A DNA stretch of 64,000 nucleotides from Candidatus Omnitrophota bacterium (GCA_016201795.1 JACQCF010000018.1:2820-66819), one strand, 5' to 3'; shown: positions 19,224 to 28,979, counted from the stretch's first letter. Made by a program: numbers and translations. Notes: generated by a model from the letters alone, not told the origin.

Positions 19224-19584
19224 AATATTCATTCCACATTCCAAAATCAAAAAAACTGTTTTTACAGCGTGTCAGACGCTTAGATTATGCAAGTCTGAAA
19301 TTTCCGTGTGTTTTGTAGGCACCAGGCGTATGCGGCGTTTCAATAAGAAATATCTGGGGCATGATGAGGCGACGGATGTTTTGACGTTTGATTTTGGCGA
19401 AATGATGATCTGTCCGAAAGTGGCTGCGGCCAATGCCAAGAGGTTTAAAACATCAACGGAATATGAGCTTATCCTGTATGTTATCCACGGTCTTTTGCAT
19501 TTAGCCGGATACGACGATCGAAAGCCCGGGGATATCAAACGCATGCGGGCTAAGGAAAAAAAATTATTAGAACGCCTTCTATGA
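19192..19584 (+). CDS. ybeY: rRNA maturation endoribonuclease
   Basis: TDVLTF and HGLLHLAGYDD. Confidence 0.9.
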   Translation: MDITVRNLQSKIFIPHSKIKKTVFTACQTLRLCKSEISVCFVGTRRMRRFNKKYLGHDEATDVLTFDFGEMMICPKVAAANAKRFKTSTEYELILYVIHGLLHLAGYDDRKPGDIKRMRAKEKKLLERLL

Positions 19585-20069
19585 TCAAACGTCTGCTTGT
19601 GATTGCCCTGCTGGCTTACCTTTTCTTCCTTTTAGAATTTGTGCTCTACGATGCATTAGGCGTCTGGGGCAAACCGGAACTGATTTTGTTATTGGTTATT
19701 TTTTGGGGACTATATTCCGGTATTCGCTACAGCATTGCCGCTGCTATCCTCGGTGGGCTTTTAAAAGACACATTGAGTATATTACCTTTCGGTACGTATT
19801 TATTTGTTTTGTTGGCAGCGGCTTATTTGACCACGCTGGCGCGCCGTAATCTTTATCAACCCGGATCACCTTTTTCCCGGTGGGTGGTTGCTTTTTTTGT
19901 TTTCATAGGCGCCTTCTGTATTGAGGTCATGTTGTATGTCATGCGCCATGATGTGCGTTTAACAGAATTATTGATCAATATTTTCTTGCCTGAGCTAGTC
20001 ACCACCATGGTGGTGGTAACTTTTGTTTTTTATCGTCTGCGCGACGTGGCTATGTTTTTGAAATTATAA
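19581..20069 (+). CDS. mreD: Rod shape-determining protein MreD
   Basis: Hydrophobic, PELILL and GGLLKD..S..PFG; upstream of PBP2. Confidence 0.75.
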   Translation: MIKRLLVIALLAYLFFLLEFVLYDALGVWGKPELILLLVIFWGLYSGIRYSIAAAILGGLLKDTLSILPFGTYLFVLLAAAYLTTLARRNLYQPGSPFSRWVVAFFVFIGAFCIEVMLYVMRHDVRLTELLINIFLPELVTTMVVVTFVFYRLRDVAMFLKL

Positions 20070-20072
20070 CCT

Positions 20073-20096
20073 GTACGGGCGGGGTCACCCCCTTAC
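20073..20096. repeat. Degenerate GTAG-type REP-like palindrome
   Basis: GTACGGGCGGGGTCACCCCCTTAC; ends resemble the reverse complement of 52916-52945. Confidence 0.5.
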
Positions 20097-20097
20097 C

Positions 20098-21813
20098 ATG
20101 ATGCGTATCAAAATTACCGAGAATATCATTTTCTTTTCTTTTGGCCTGATTGTCGCCGCTTTGATCTATATGCAGACCATTAGAGGGGAGCATTATTATG
20201 ACCAAAGCGTTAACAACCGCATCCGGGTAATCCCCGTCGAGGGGCCGCGTGGTCTGATTCTCGATCGCAATGGTATTGTGGTGGCCGACAGCCATCCGGC
20301 TTACCACGTGGCCGTCATCACGCAGGACGTACAAGACTCCCAATCACTGTTTCATTTCTTAGGTGGCGTTCTTAAAAAAGACCCGCGGCTGTTACAAAAG
20401 CAGTTTATCCGTAAACGTAAAACTCCCTTTGCTGCGATTGTCTTAGGGCAAGACGTCGATCAGAAAACCGTTATTGCCGTCGAAGAAAATCGTTTTTTGT
20501 ATCCGGGGCTGGTGGTGGAAAAAACCTATGAGCGTCATTATCCTTTTGCACAGGCCGATGCCCACGCCATCGGCTATGTTGGCAAAATTGACCTCCATGA
20601 AGCCGAAGTTTTGCAGGATTATGGGTACAATCTTTTAAGCATCACCGGGAAAATGGGGGTTGAGAAAACGTATGATCCACTCTTGCGCGGAGAATCCGGC
20701 GGCCGTCAGATTGAAATCAACAATCGCGGTCAGGAGGTCAGACTGCTGGGGCTTAAAGAACCAGCCAAGGGTAAAGATATTCAGTTGACCATCGACCAGC
20801 GTATTCAAAGCGCAGGGGATGAATTTTTAGCGGGAAGACCAGGGGCGGTGGCGGTTATGGATTTAACCAACGGCGATCTTTTAGGACTGGTTAGTTCTCC
20901 GTCGTTTGATCCCAATGCGTTCGTGGATCGAAACCGTCAGGATCAGGCGATCTCTTATATACACGATGCCACGGCGCCGCTTTTAAATCGCGCCGTGGCC
21001 GGCCAGTATCCGCCGGGTTCCGTGTTTAAGATTTCCGTGGCATTGGCCGCCATCGAACTTCATAAAATTACTCCAGAAGCAACCTTCGATTGTCCGGGTT
21101 ATTATATGCTCGGCGCTACTAAGTTTAGTTGCGCTCACGTCCACGGCCAAGAGAATTTAAACCAGGCCATCGCGCATTCCTGCAACGTTTATTTTTTTCA
21201 CGTTGGACAAATTGTCACGGCACGGATCATCCAGCAGTATGCGAAGGCTTTCGGTTTGGGGCGTGCGACGGGAGTGGACTTGCCTTTTGAAGCCGCCGGT
21301 CAACTCATCGCAGGGCCTCGTCGAGGACAGCCGTGGTACATGGGTAATACTTTGAATTTTTCCATCGGTCAGGGCGATACTCTGACCACACCCTTGCAGA
21401 TTCTAGTCATGATGGCGGCGGTGGCTAATGACGGCGTGATTTTTCGTCCGCGCATCGTTAAAGCGGTGGATCATCGGGATTTACCCGGGCCCAATATCAC
21501 GAAGCTGCCGATTGTCCGTCTACACGATGTCACCTGGCGCACTATTCAGCAAGGGCTACGCTCGGTTATTACGGATGAAGAAGGCACGGCGCATAGGCTT
21601 AATAATCTTAAAGGGATGACTATTTATGGTAAAACCGGAACAGCTCAGGCGGGAACTTCTAAAGCTAACCACGCCTGGTTTGTAGGATACGTGCGTTCAC
21701 CTAAAAATAATTTAGCTTTTTGTGTATTTTTGGAGCACGGCGGCTCTTCAGCCAATGCGGTAGCTATCAGCTATGATTTGCTTTTGCGCATGCAATCTCT
21801 GGGAATCATTTGA
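20098..21813 (+). CDS. mrdA: Penicillin-binding protein 2
   Basis: PRGLILDRNG, PGSVFK (SxxK), SCN and KTGTAQ. Confidence 0.92.
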   Translation: MMRIKITENIIFFSFGLIVAALIYMQTIRGEHYYDQSVNNRIRVIPVEGPRGLILDRNGIVVADSHPAYHVAVITQDVQDSQSLFHFLGGVLKKDPRLLQKQFIRKRKTPFAAIVLGQDVDQKTVIAVEENRFLYPGLVVEKTYERHYPFAQADAHAIGYVGKIDLHEAEVLQDYGYNLLSITGKMGVEKTYDPLLRGESGGRQIEINNRGQEVRLLGLKEPAKGKDIQLTIDQRIQSAGDEFLAGRPGAVAVMDLTNGDLLGLVSSPSFDPNAFVDRNRQDQAISYIHDATAPLLNRAVAGQYPPGSVFKISVALAAIELHKITPEATFDCPGYYMLGATKFSCAHVHGQENLNQAIAHSCNVYFFHVGQIVTARIIQQYAKAFGLGRATGVDLPFEAAGQLIAGPRRGQPWYMGNTLNFSIGQGDTLTTPLQILVMMAAVANDGVIFRPRIVKAVDHRDLPGPNITKLPIVRLHDVTWRTIQQGLRSVITDEEGTAHRLNNLKGMTIYGKTGTAQAGTSKANHAWFVGYVRSPKNNLAFCVFLEHGGSSANAVAISYDLLLRMQSLGII

Positions 21814-21880
21814 TGGTTCGACTCGAATTTTTTAAGTATTCATTGTCACTTAAGAGAGGGATTTGTTAGGATAAAAATAT

Positions 21881-21978
21881 GTCCACTCGTCCCGAGCATC
21901 CTAACTTTTTGTTTTTAGAATGAGAGGGACTCGGGACTATGGTGAGGAGATTGTTAATTCTTTGAGGCGACGAACCAT
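21881..21978. repeat. Expanded, nested palindromic element at the fadJ start
   Basis: GTCCACTCG[TCCCGAG...GAGAGGGA]CTCGGGAC-TA-TGGTGAG...CGAACCA; same two-half architecture as family B. Confidence 0.55.
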
Positions 21979-24088
21979 GGAATATAAAGAAGAATTTAAT
22001 ATTGCTTATATTACCTTTGACCAGCCTGATTCCAAAGTCAATGTGTTAAACGCCGCGGCTTTGCTCGAGTTTGAAAAAATCCTGGATCAATTGAAAAACA
22101 ACAGTTCACTCAAAGGCCTGGTCATTGGCAGCGCCAAAAAAGATATCTTTATCGCCGGGGCGGACATCAAAGAAATTGAAAACATCACCGACGTCACCGA
22201 CGGCAAGGCCAAGTCGCAGGCCGGCCAGGGCATCATGGATAAATTAGAAGATTTATCTATTCCGACGGTGGCCGTGATAGATGGCGCGGCTTTAGGCGGT
22301 GGATGTGAACTGGCTTTGGCCTGCCGCTGGCGCATCGCCACCTTTAACGAGAAAGTACGCATCGGCCTGCCTGAAGTCAATCTGGGCATTATTCCCGGTT
22401 TTGGCGGTACGTACCGGCTTCCAAGGCTTTTAGGTCTGCAGGGGGCGCTTAAAATTATTCTCTCCGGCACGCCGGTCGATTCCAAAACAGCTCTGAAAAC
22501 GGGCTTGGTGGACCGTCTCTATCCGCAGGCAGGTTTATCCGATCATGTAAGGGCATTTGTCGATGAAATCAGCCGGGCATCTGGGGAACGTACATACCCG
22601 GCGATTGTCAAAAGAGGACTCGATGCGTTTTTAGACCATAATTTTTTTGGCCGCAACGTGGTGTGTAAGAAATCCAAAGAGCAGGTGCTCAAAGCCACCA
22701 AAGGTTTTTATCCGGCACCGTTGCGTGCTCTGGAGGTTGTGCAAAAAACTTCGCGCTGCGGCCGGTCGATAGCGCTGGATATGGAGTCTAGCATTTTTGC
22801 CCAACTTGTCGTGACTGAGATTTCCAAGAATTTGGTGAAGGTTTTTTATCTTTCCGAGAAATTTAGAAAATTATCCGTGCCTGGCACAGAGAATATTACG
22901 CCTATGGTGGTGGCCAAGGCCGGGGTGCTGGGTGCTGGCATCATGGGCGGAGGCATTGCTCAATTATTGAGCCATCGCGGGGTGTGGGTGCGCCTGAAAG
23001 ATATTAGTTATGATGCCATCGCCAAGGGCCTTAAGGCGGCTTTCGAGGTGTATGCGCAAAGCCTTAAACGCAAGCGCATGAGACCTGCGGAGGCGGCGGC
23101 TAAAATGGCGATGATCTCAGGCACTCTTGATTACAGCGGGTTTGCCAATGCGGATATCGTCATTGAAGCTGTCCTGGAGAATATGGAGATTAAGAAAAAA
23201 GTTTTTGCGGAAGTGAGTCTTAATGTTTCGGCTAAAACTATTTTTGCTTCCAATACCTCATCGCTGTCTGTGACCGAAATGGCCGGCGTGATGGGGGACC
23301 CTTCCAGGGTGATCGGTTTTCATTTTTTTAATCCCGTACACAGGATGCCGCTGATTGAAGTGATCACGACGCCCCAAACCTCGAAAGAGACTTTGGTTGC
23401 CACTTTAGAATTTGCCAAACGTTTGGGCAAGACACCGATTATTGTTAAAGACTCACCGGGATTTTTGGTCAACCGCATTTTGCTGGCTTATATTAATGAA
23501 GCCGGGCGCCTTTTACAAGAGGGTGGTACCATCGAGCATTTAGACAAGATCGCCACGGATTTTGGTATGCCCATGGGGCCCTTCACCTTATCCGATGAGG
23601 TGGGTTTGGATGTAGGCGTTAAGGTGCTGCATGTCCTTGAATCCGGCTTGGGAGCTCGGTTTAAATCCTGTACGATTTTTGATGAAGCTTTTCATTTGAA
23701 ACTGCTGGGCAAAAAATCTGGCAAAGGTTTTTATATTCATGGCGCCGAGCGTCAGGTCAATAGGCACCTCCAGGCTTTGGTCAAAGGCCGCAGTCGGGTA
23801 TCGGACAGGGAAGCTTTAACGCGTATGACACATGTGATGATCAATGAAGCCGCGCGCATTTTACAAGAGGGGATTGTCGAGGGGGCTGATACCGTTGATG
23901 TGGGGATGGTTATGGGGACCGGCTTTCCGGCGTTTCGCGGCGGGCTTTTGCGTTACGCGGACTTCTTAGGCATTGACCAGATCGTGTCGGATTTGGAAGA
24001 ATTAGAGAATCGTTTTAAAGACGGCCGCTTTAAAGTAGCCGAGTATCTTTTGAATTTAAAAGCGCAGGGCCGGCAATTTTTTAATTAA
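21977..24088 (+). CDS. fadJ: Fatty acid oxidation multifunctional enzyme (enoyl-CoA hydratase/3-hydroxyacyl-CoA dehydrogenase)
   Basis: FIAGADI, GGGCELAL, GLPEVNLG, GAGIMGGG, SNTSSL and HFFNP; start at ATG 21977 behind GAGG. Confidence 0.85.
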   Translation: MEYKEEFNIAYITFDQPDSKVNVLNAAALLEFEKILDQLKNNSSLKGLVIGSAKKDIFIAGADIKEIENITDVTDGKAKSQAGQGIMDKLEDLSIPTVAVIDGAALGGGCELALACRWRIATFNEKVRIGLPEVNLGIIPGFGGTYRLPRLLGLQGALKIILSGTPVDSKTALKTGLVDRLYPQAGLSDHVRAFVDEISRASGERTYPAIVKRGLDAFLDHNFFGRNVVCKKSKEQVLKATKGFYPAPLRALEVVQKTSRCGRSIALDMESSIFAQLVVTEISKNLVKVFYLSEKFRKLSVPGTENITPMVVAKAGVLGAGIMGGGIAQLLSHRGVWVRLKDISYDAIAKGLKAAFEVYAQSLKRKRMRPAEAAAKMAMISGTLDYSGFANADIVIEAVLENMEIKKKVFAEVSLNVSAKTIFASNTSSLSVTEMAGVMGDPSRVIGFHFFNPVHRMPLIEVITTPQTSKETLVATLEFAKRLGKTPIIVKDSPGFLVNRILLAYINEAGRLLQEGGTIEHLDKIATDFGMPMGPFTLSDEVGLDVGVKVLHVLESGLGARFKSCTIFDEAFHLKLLGKKSGKGFYIHGAERQVNRHLQALVKGRSRVSDREALTRMTHVMINEAARILQEGIVEGADTVDVGMVMGTGFPAFRGGLLRYADFLGIDQIVSDLEELENRFKDGRFKVAEYLLNLKAQGRQFFN

Positions 24089-24090
24089 AT

Positions 24091-24648
24091 ATGCAACAGG
24101 AAACCAAACGAACATTATTGATAACCCTTTGGTGGAGCGCTGCCGGAGTTTTAGCCGCTGGCGTCCTTTGGTGGTGGTTCTTTTTTAGCCAGTTTGCTTT
24201 TTATCACGACAGCGAATATAAATTCAGCGTTAAATACCTTAAAAGTTGGGAAAAGATTGAGCGTTCGCAGGGGACAGCTGTTATTTTTGTGCGTCCCAAA
24301 CAAACAGCGCTGGATATATTTGAGCCCAATGTGAATATTACGGTGCAGGAAGTACCGGCGAAGATCGCCACCCTTTTGAGTTTTTCCCAGACCATCACCA
24401 AACAGATGACGGTGGTTTTTAAGAAGAATATCCATATTCTGGAAGATAAAGATTTTACTTTTGCTCACCGGGGCGGACATCGGTTGATCCTTGAAGCTCC
24501 CCAGCCAGACAACTTAAAGCTCACTTTTGTCTGGACCATCAAAGGCCCTTTCGCCTATATTTTTACCTTCATTGCCAAGACTGACCAGTACAAAGTTTTA
24601 TGGCCTGCTATCAATCAGATGATTGAATCGTTTGAATTGACCCATTAG
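24091..24648 (+). CDS. Membrane-anchored PsbP/DcrB-like protein
   Basis: N-terminal TM; FSVKY..SW, NVNITVQ and MIESF pattern. Confidence 0.6.
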   Translation: MQQETKRTLLITLWWSAAGVLAAGVLWWWFFFSQFAFYHDSEYKFSVKYLKSWEKIERSQGTAVIFVRPKQTALDIFEPNVNITVQEVPAKIATLLSFSQTITKQMTVVFKKNIHILEDKDFTFAHRGGHRLILEAPQPDNLKLTFVWTIKGPFAYIFTFIAKTDQYKVLWPAINQMIESFELTH

Positions 24649-24670
24649 GTGTTTTATATCGGGGGTCAAA

Positions 24671-25318
24671 TCACAAGCCCATGCGTTCGCTTAAAAATTC
24701 CTGCAGATTTTTGCATTGTAGATAAGGATTGGTTTGTTTTTGATGGCTCAAGGTATCGGTGGGGGTGGGGCCGTAGTTATGGCCTGGGTAAATGACGGTG
24801 TTGTCGGGAAGTTTCATAAGGACGTTGGTGAGGCTATTGTACATAATTTTTGGATCTGAGCCGGGCAAATCACATCGGCCGCAGCCATCGACAAAAAGCG
24901 TATCGCCGCAGATGAGCTGCTCCTGGGATAAGAAGCATTGACAGCCGGGCGTGTGGCCAGGGGTATGGAGGACATCAAAAGTAGTTTGGCCAAGCTTCAA
25001 GGTTTCTTTATCTTTGACATTGACGAGGTTTTTAAGATTTTTACGCAAGAAGACAGCCTCATGCTTGGAAATATACACGGGAACATCATGCAGGGCTAAA
25101 AGTTCATCGAGTCCGTTGACATGATCCGGGTGAGCATGAGTCAAGAACACCTGGGTGATTTTAAAACCCAGTTGTTTGGCCTGCCGGCATAAAAAGGGCA
25201 CATCCCACCCCGGGTCCACGACCGCCATTTCTTTGGTAGCCTCATCCCCTAAAAGGTAAAGGAAGTTATTTAAAGGGCCGATTTCGTATTGTTTGATGAC
25301 TAGCGACTTACTTGACAT
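24671..25318 (-). CDS. MBL-fold metallo-hydrolase (glyoxalase II-like)
   Basis: THAHPDH, HTPGHTPG, GDTLF and YPGH. In the sequence CAT is at 25316-25318 and TCA at 24671-24673, so the gene is on the minus strand (track says +); GAGGA SD upstream on minus strand. Confidence 0.92.
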   Translation of the reverse strand: MSSKSLVIKQYEIGPLNNFLYLLGDEATKEMAVVDPGWDVPFLCRQAKQLGFKITQVFLTHAHPDHVNGLDELLALHDVPVYISKHEAVFLRKNLKNLVNVKDKETLKLGQTTFDVLHTPGHTPGCQCFLSQEQLICGDTLFVDGCGRCDLPGSDPKIMYNSLTNVLMKLPDNTVIYPGHNYGPTPTDTLSHQKQTNPYLQCKNLQEFLSERMGL

Positions 25319-25357
25319 AGCAAAGTATCCTCTTATAATGAAAAAGTTTGAAAGTTT

Positions 25358-25444
25358 GTGTCATTGCGAACGAAGTGAAGCAATCTTTTAAAAGGATTGC
25401 TTCGTCGGTAGAAATTATATAGACAATCCTCCTCGCAATGACAC
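25358..25444. repeat. Palindromic element family A, copy 1
   Basis: GTGTCATTGCGA..GAAGCAATC..GATTGCTTCGTCG..TCGCAATGACAC. Confidence 0.9.
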
Positions 25445-25480
25445 TCATATTATAGCATAATAAAATATGGAGGTAATCAA

Positions 25481-26032
25481 ATGGCTTTGTTAGAGTCAAT
25501 TAAAATCCCTTTAGGAACATTGATGCCGGATTTTGAACTTAAAGATCCGTCTGGTCAATCGTATAAAGGGCGTGGGCTTTATGGCGAGCGGGGATTGTTG
25601 GTGATTTTTACGTGCAACCATTGTCCTTATGCGTTGGCCGTGTGGCCGCGGGTGATTCGTCTGGCTAAATACGCCCTTGGCATGCGCGTTCTTACGGTGG
25701 CCATTAACCCTAACATCAATCCCGATTATCCCGACGATGCGCCGGATAAAATGATCGAAAAAATCAAAGAGCTGGCCATTGAATTTCCGTATTTGGTCGA
25801 TGAAACCCAAAAGGTGGCCAATGCCTTCCGTGCTCAATGCACGCCGGATATTTATCTGTTTAATAAAGACCGTCAGCTGGTCTATCACGGCCGTATTGAT
25901 GACAATTGGAAAGAAGAAGATAAAGTTACCCGTGAGGAACTCAAAGAAGCAATGAACAACATGGCCGCGGGCCGTCCGGTGGATTCCAAACAAATGCCCT
26001 CGATGGGCTGTTCCATTAAATGGAGAACGTAG
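25481..26032 (+). CDS. Thioredoxin-like/AhpC-TSA family protein
   Basis: CNHCPY, YHGRIDD and SMGCSIKW. Confidence 0.9.
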   Translation: MALLESIKIPLGTLMPDFELKDPSGQSYKGRGLYGERGLLVIFTCNHCPYALAVWPRVIRLAKYALGMRVLTVAINPNINPDYPDDAPDKMIEKIKELAIEFPYLVDETQKVANAFRAQCTPDIYLFNKDRQLVYHGRIDDNWKEEDKVTREELKEAMNNMAAGRPVDSKQMPSMGCSIKWRT

Positions 26033-26033
26033 A

Positions 26034-27365
26034 ATGCCAGCCTGGCGCCGGGATCTAAGCTCGCCTACATTAAGGGAAGTCCACGCTTCCATACCTGTTC
26101 TTCAGACAGCTTCGTTTTGGAGAAAGCTTTTGGCTTTCGTTGGTCCCGGTTTGATGGTGGCCGTCGGTTACATGGACCCGGGCAATTGGGCGACCGATTT
26201 GGCCGGGGGGGCTAAATTTGGTTACACCCTGCTGTCGGTTATTTTAATCTCTAATTTTATGGCCATCCTTTTACAGTATTTGGCCTTGAAACTGGGGATT
26301 GTCACGGGCCGCGATTTGGCCCAGGCTTGCCGCGACCATTATTCCAAACCCATGGTCATTTTTTTATGGATCATCTGTGAAATCGCCATCACGGCCTGCG
26401 ATCTGGCGGAAGTCATTGGCTCAGCCATTGCCCTTAATCTTTTATTCGGAATTCCTCTGGTCATCGGTGTTTTGATTACGGCGGCGGATGTGCTGATTGT
26501 ATTATTTCTGCAGAATAAAGGATTTCGGATTTTGGAATGTTTGGTGACAGGGCTTATTGTCATTATCGGCGGATGTTTTGCCTATGAATTGGCGATTTCG
26601 CATCCGGCCTGGGGTCTGATGGTGGGCAACCTTTTGCCTAGACCCGAAATTGTCGTCAATCCAGGGATGCTGTATATTTCGATAGGGATTTTAGGCGCCA
26701 CCGTCATGCCGCATAATTTGTATTTACATTCCAGCATCGTCCAGACCAGGGCCTTTGAGCGCAATGACCGGGGCCGCGCCATGGCGATTCGTTACGCCAC
26801 CTTCGATTCCACCTTTGCTTTGTTTTGTGCTTTTTTTATTAATGCCGCCATTTTGATTGTAAGCGCGGCCATTTTTCATGGGACATCCCATGAAAATGTC
26901 GCAGATATCAACGATGCCTACAATCTTTTAACTCCCATCCTGGGAACTCCTTTGGCTGCCCTTTTATTTGCGGTGGCTTTATTGGCCTCCGGTCAGAACT
27001 CCACTTTAACAGGGACTCTGGCAGGACAGATTGTGATGGAAGGATTTTTGGATATCCGCCTTCGTCCGTGGATGAGGCGTTTGATGACCCGTTTGATGGC
27101 CATTGTTCCCGCTATTATAGTGGCGGCCATGTTTGGACAAAAGGGTGCGGGCAGTCTTTTGATTTTAAGCCAGGTTATTTTATCGTTACAATTGGGATTT
27201 GCCGTGGTTCCTTTGGTTTTCTTTACCAATGACTCCGTCAAAATGGGGCGTTTTGTCAATGGTGGGTGGCTTAAAGTGTTGGCCTGGGCGGTCACCGCTG
27301 TTATAATATTATTGAATGTTTGTTTGTTGATTCAGATCATGCTTCCCTTTGCAAAAGGAGGTTAG
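26034..27365 (+). CDS. mntH: Nramp divalent metal transporter
   Basis: YMDPGNW, GATVMPHNLYLHS and GQIVMEGF. Confidence 0.95.
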   Translation: MPAWRRDLSSPTLREVHASIPVLQTASFWRKLLAFVGPGLMVAVGYMDPGNWATDLAGGAKFGYTLLSVILISNFMAILLQYLALKLGIVTGRDLAQACRDHYSKPMVIFLWIICEIAITACDLAEVIGSAIALNLLFGIPLVIGVLITAADVLIVLFLQNKGFRILECLVTGLIVIIGGCFAYELAISHPAWGLMVGNLLPRPEIVVNPGMLYISIGILGATVMPHNLYLHSSIVQTRAFERNDRGRAMAIRYATFDSTFALFCAFFINAAILIVSAAIFHGTSHENVADINDAYNLLTPILGTPLAALLFAVALLASGQNSTLTGTLAGQIVMEGFLDIRLRPWMRRLMTRLMAIVPAIIVAAMFGQKGAGSLLILSQVILSLQLGFAVVPLVFFTNDSVKMGRFVNGGWLKVLAWAVTAVIILLNVCLLIQIMLPFAKGG

Positions 27366-27369
27366 GCCT

Positions 27370-27801
27370 ATGTATCGGAAAATTCTTATTTCCTTAGACA
27401 ATTCCCCGACGGACGAAACGATTCTGGTGCATATCAGGCCTTTGGCCCGATTAATGAAAGCAGAGCTTGTTCTGGTTCATGTGGCGGATGGTTTTGCCGC
27501 TCGCCTGCAGGATGAGCTGAATCTGGCGGATTCTGAGGAAATTAAAAAGGATCAGGGATATTTGGATGGCCGTTGTCAAGAGCTGACACAACAAGGTTTT
27601 AAGGTCAAATCCATCTTGGCGCAAGGCAAAGAACCTGCGGAGGGTATTTTAAACGTTGCTGGCAGCGAAGGCTGTGATTTGATTGCCATGGCCACCCATG
27701 GCCACAAGTTTGTCAAAGATGTGCTTTTAGGTTCGGTGGCGGAAAATTTAAGACACCGTACCGATATTCCCATCCTCATGGTCCGTTCGCATTTAAAATG
27801 A
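27370..27801 (+). CDS. Universal stress protein
   Basis: MYRKILISLD, MATHGH and LGSVAE; AAGGAGG SD before ATG 27370. Confidence 0.92.
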   Translation: MYRKILISLDNSPTDETILVHIRPLARLMKAELVLVHVADGFAARLQDELNLADSEEIKKDQGYLDGRCQELTQQGFKVKSILAQGKEPAEGILNVAGSEGCDLIAMATHGHKFVKDVLLGSVAENLRHRTDIPILMVRSHLK

Positions 27802-28979
27802 CCCATCAACCTAAAACTATAGAATTTATAAACCGTATTACAGAGGCTCTGGATCAAGAGCAGATTTTAAAAGATTTGACCGAAAATGTCAGCGGTCCTT
27901 TTGATTGGGGTGTTTTATTTGTGACACCCTGGCGGCCGTATGAGCCCATCGAACTTTATCAGGCGCTGGCTGGGCGCGTGGGTATTAAACATTTTTTTTG
28001 CTGCACCTGTGCTGGCATTATCGGCACCCAACGGGAAATTGAGGGCAGGCCGGCCGCGTCTTTGATGTTAGCCAGGCTACCAGGAGTTGCGGTCAATCCT
28101 TTTTATTTGAATCAGGTACAATTAGAAGGCTTGCAAACACCGGAGGCCTTATACGATTTTTTTGAAATTTATCCCAATGAATCGCCTTCCTTTCTGGTAC
28201 TACCCGATCCTTTTGCCATTGATACCAATCGTTTTTTAAGAGTTTTGAATCAGGCCTATAAGGGAGCCGCCATTATCGGTGGACTCGCCAGTGCGGCTTC
28301 GGGGCCTCAAGAGAACGTCTTGATCATCAATGGCCAGTCCTATCAAGAAGGTCTGATGGGGGTGGTTTTAAGCGGTTCTCTTAAAATAGAGGCCGTGGTC
28401 TCTCAAGGGTGCCGTCCTTTTGGACAGACCTTTATTGTTACCAAAGCCAAAGATAACATCATTTATGAATTAGCCGGCCAGTCGTTTTATAAAGTGCTGG
28501 AGAGCGTTTTAAAGGCAGGCACGGATTATGACCGGCATTTGGCCCGCGAAGCGATTTTTGTGGGGATCGCCATCAATGAGTATCAACAGGAGTTTAAACG
28601 CGGAGATTTTTTGATCCGTCCGGTGATGGCCATTGACCCGGCCACGGGGGCCGGGGCCATTGGTGATTATGTTAGCGTTGGGCAGACCGTTCAGTTTCAT
28701 TTACGCGATGCCAAGACCGCCCATGAAGATTTGCATGAGCTTTTAAAATTACAAAGAACAAAAGCGACTCAAAACCTTAAGGGAGCCCTGGTGTTTTCCT
28801 GCAATGGCCGGGGGCTTAATTTGTTTAAAGAATTTAACCATGATATCCGTATTATTCAACAGCATTTAGGCCCTGTGCCGGCCGCCGGATTTTTTTGCGC
28901 CGGTGAAATCGGCCCTGTGGGGGGCGTGAATTTTCTGCACGGCTTTACCAATAGCATGGCCTTGTTTTATGCGAAATAA
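27798..28979 (+). CDS. FIST domain protein
   Basis: GGLAS, VSQGCRPFG, FSCNGRG and GFFCAGEIGP. Confidence 0.9.
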   Translation: MTHQPKTIEFINRITEALDQEQILKDLTENVSGPFDWGVLFVTPWRPYEPIELYQALAGRVGIKHFFCCTCAGIIGTQREIEGRPAASLMLARLPGVAVNPFYLNQVQLEGLQTPEALYDFFEIYPNESPSFLVLPDPFAIDTNRFLRVLNQAYKGAAIIGGLASAASGPQENVLIINGQSYQEGLMGVVLSGSLKIEAVVSQGCRPFGQTFIVTKAKDNIIYELAGQSFYKVLESVLKAGTDYDRHLAREAIFVGIAINEYQQEFKRGDFLIRPVMAIDPATGAGAIGDYVSVGQTVQFHLRDAKTAHEDLHELLKLQRTKATQNLKGALVFSCNGRGLNLFKEFNHDIRIIQQHLGPVPAAGFFCAGEIGPVGGVNFLHGFTNSMALFYAK

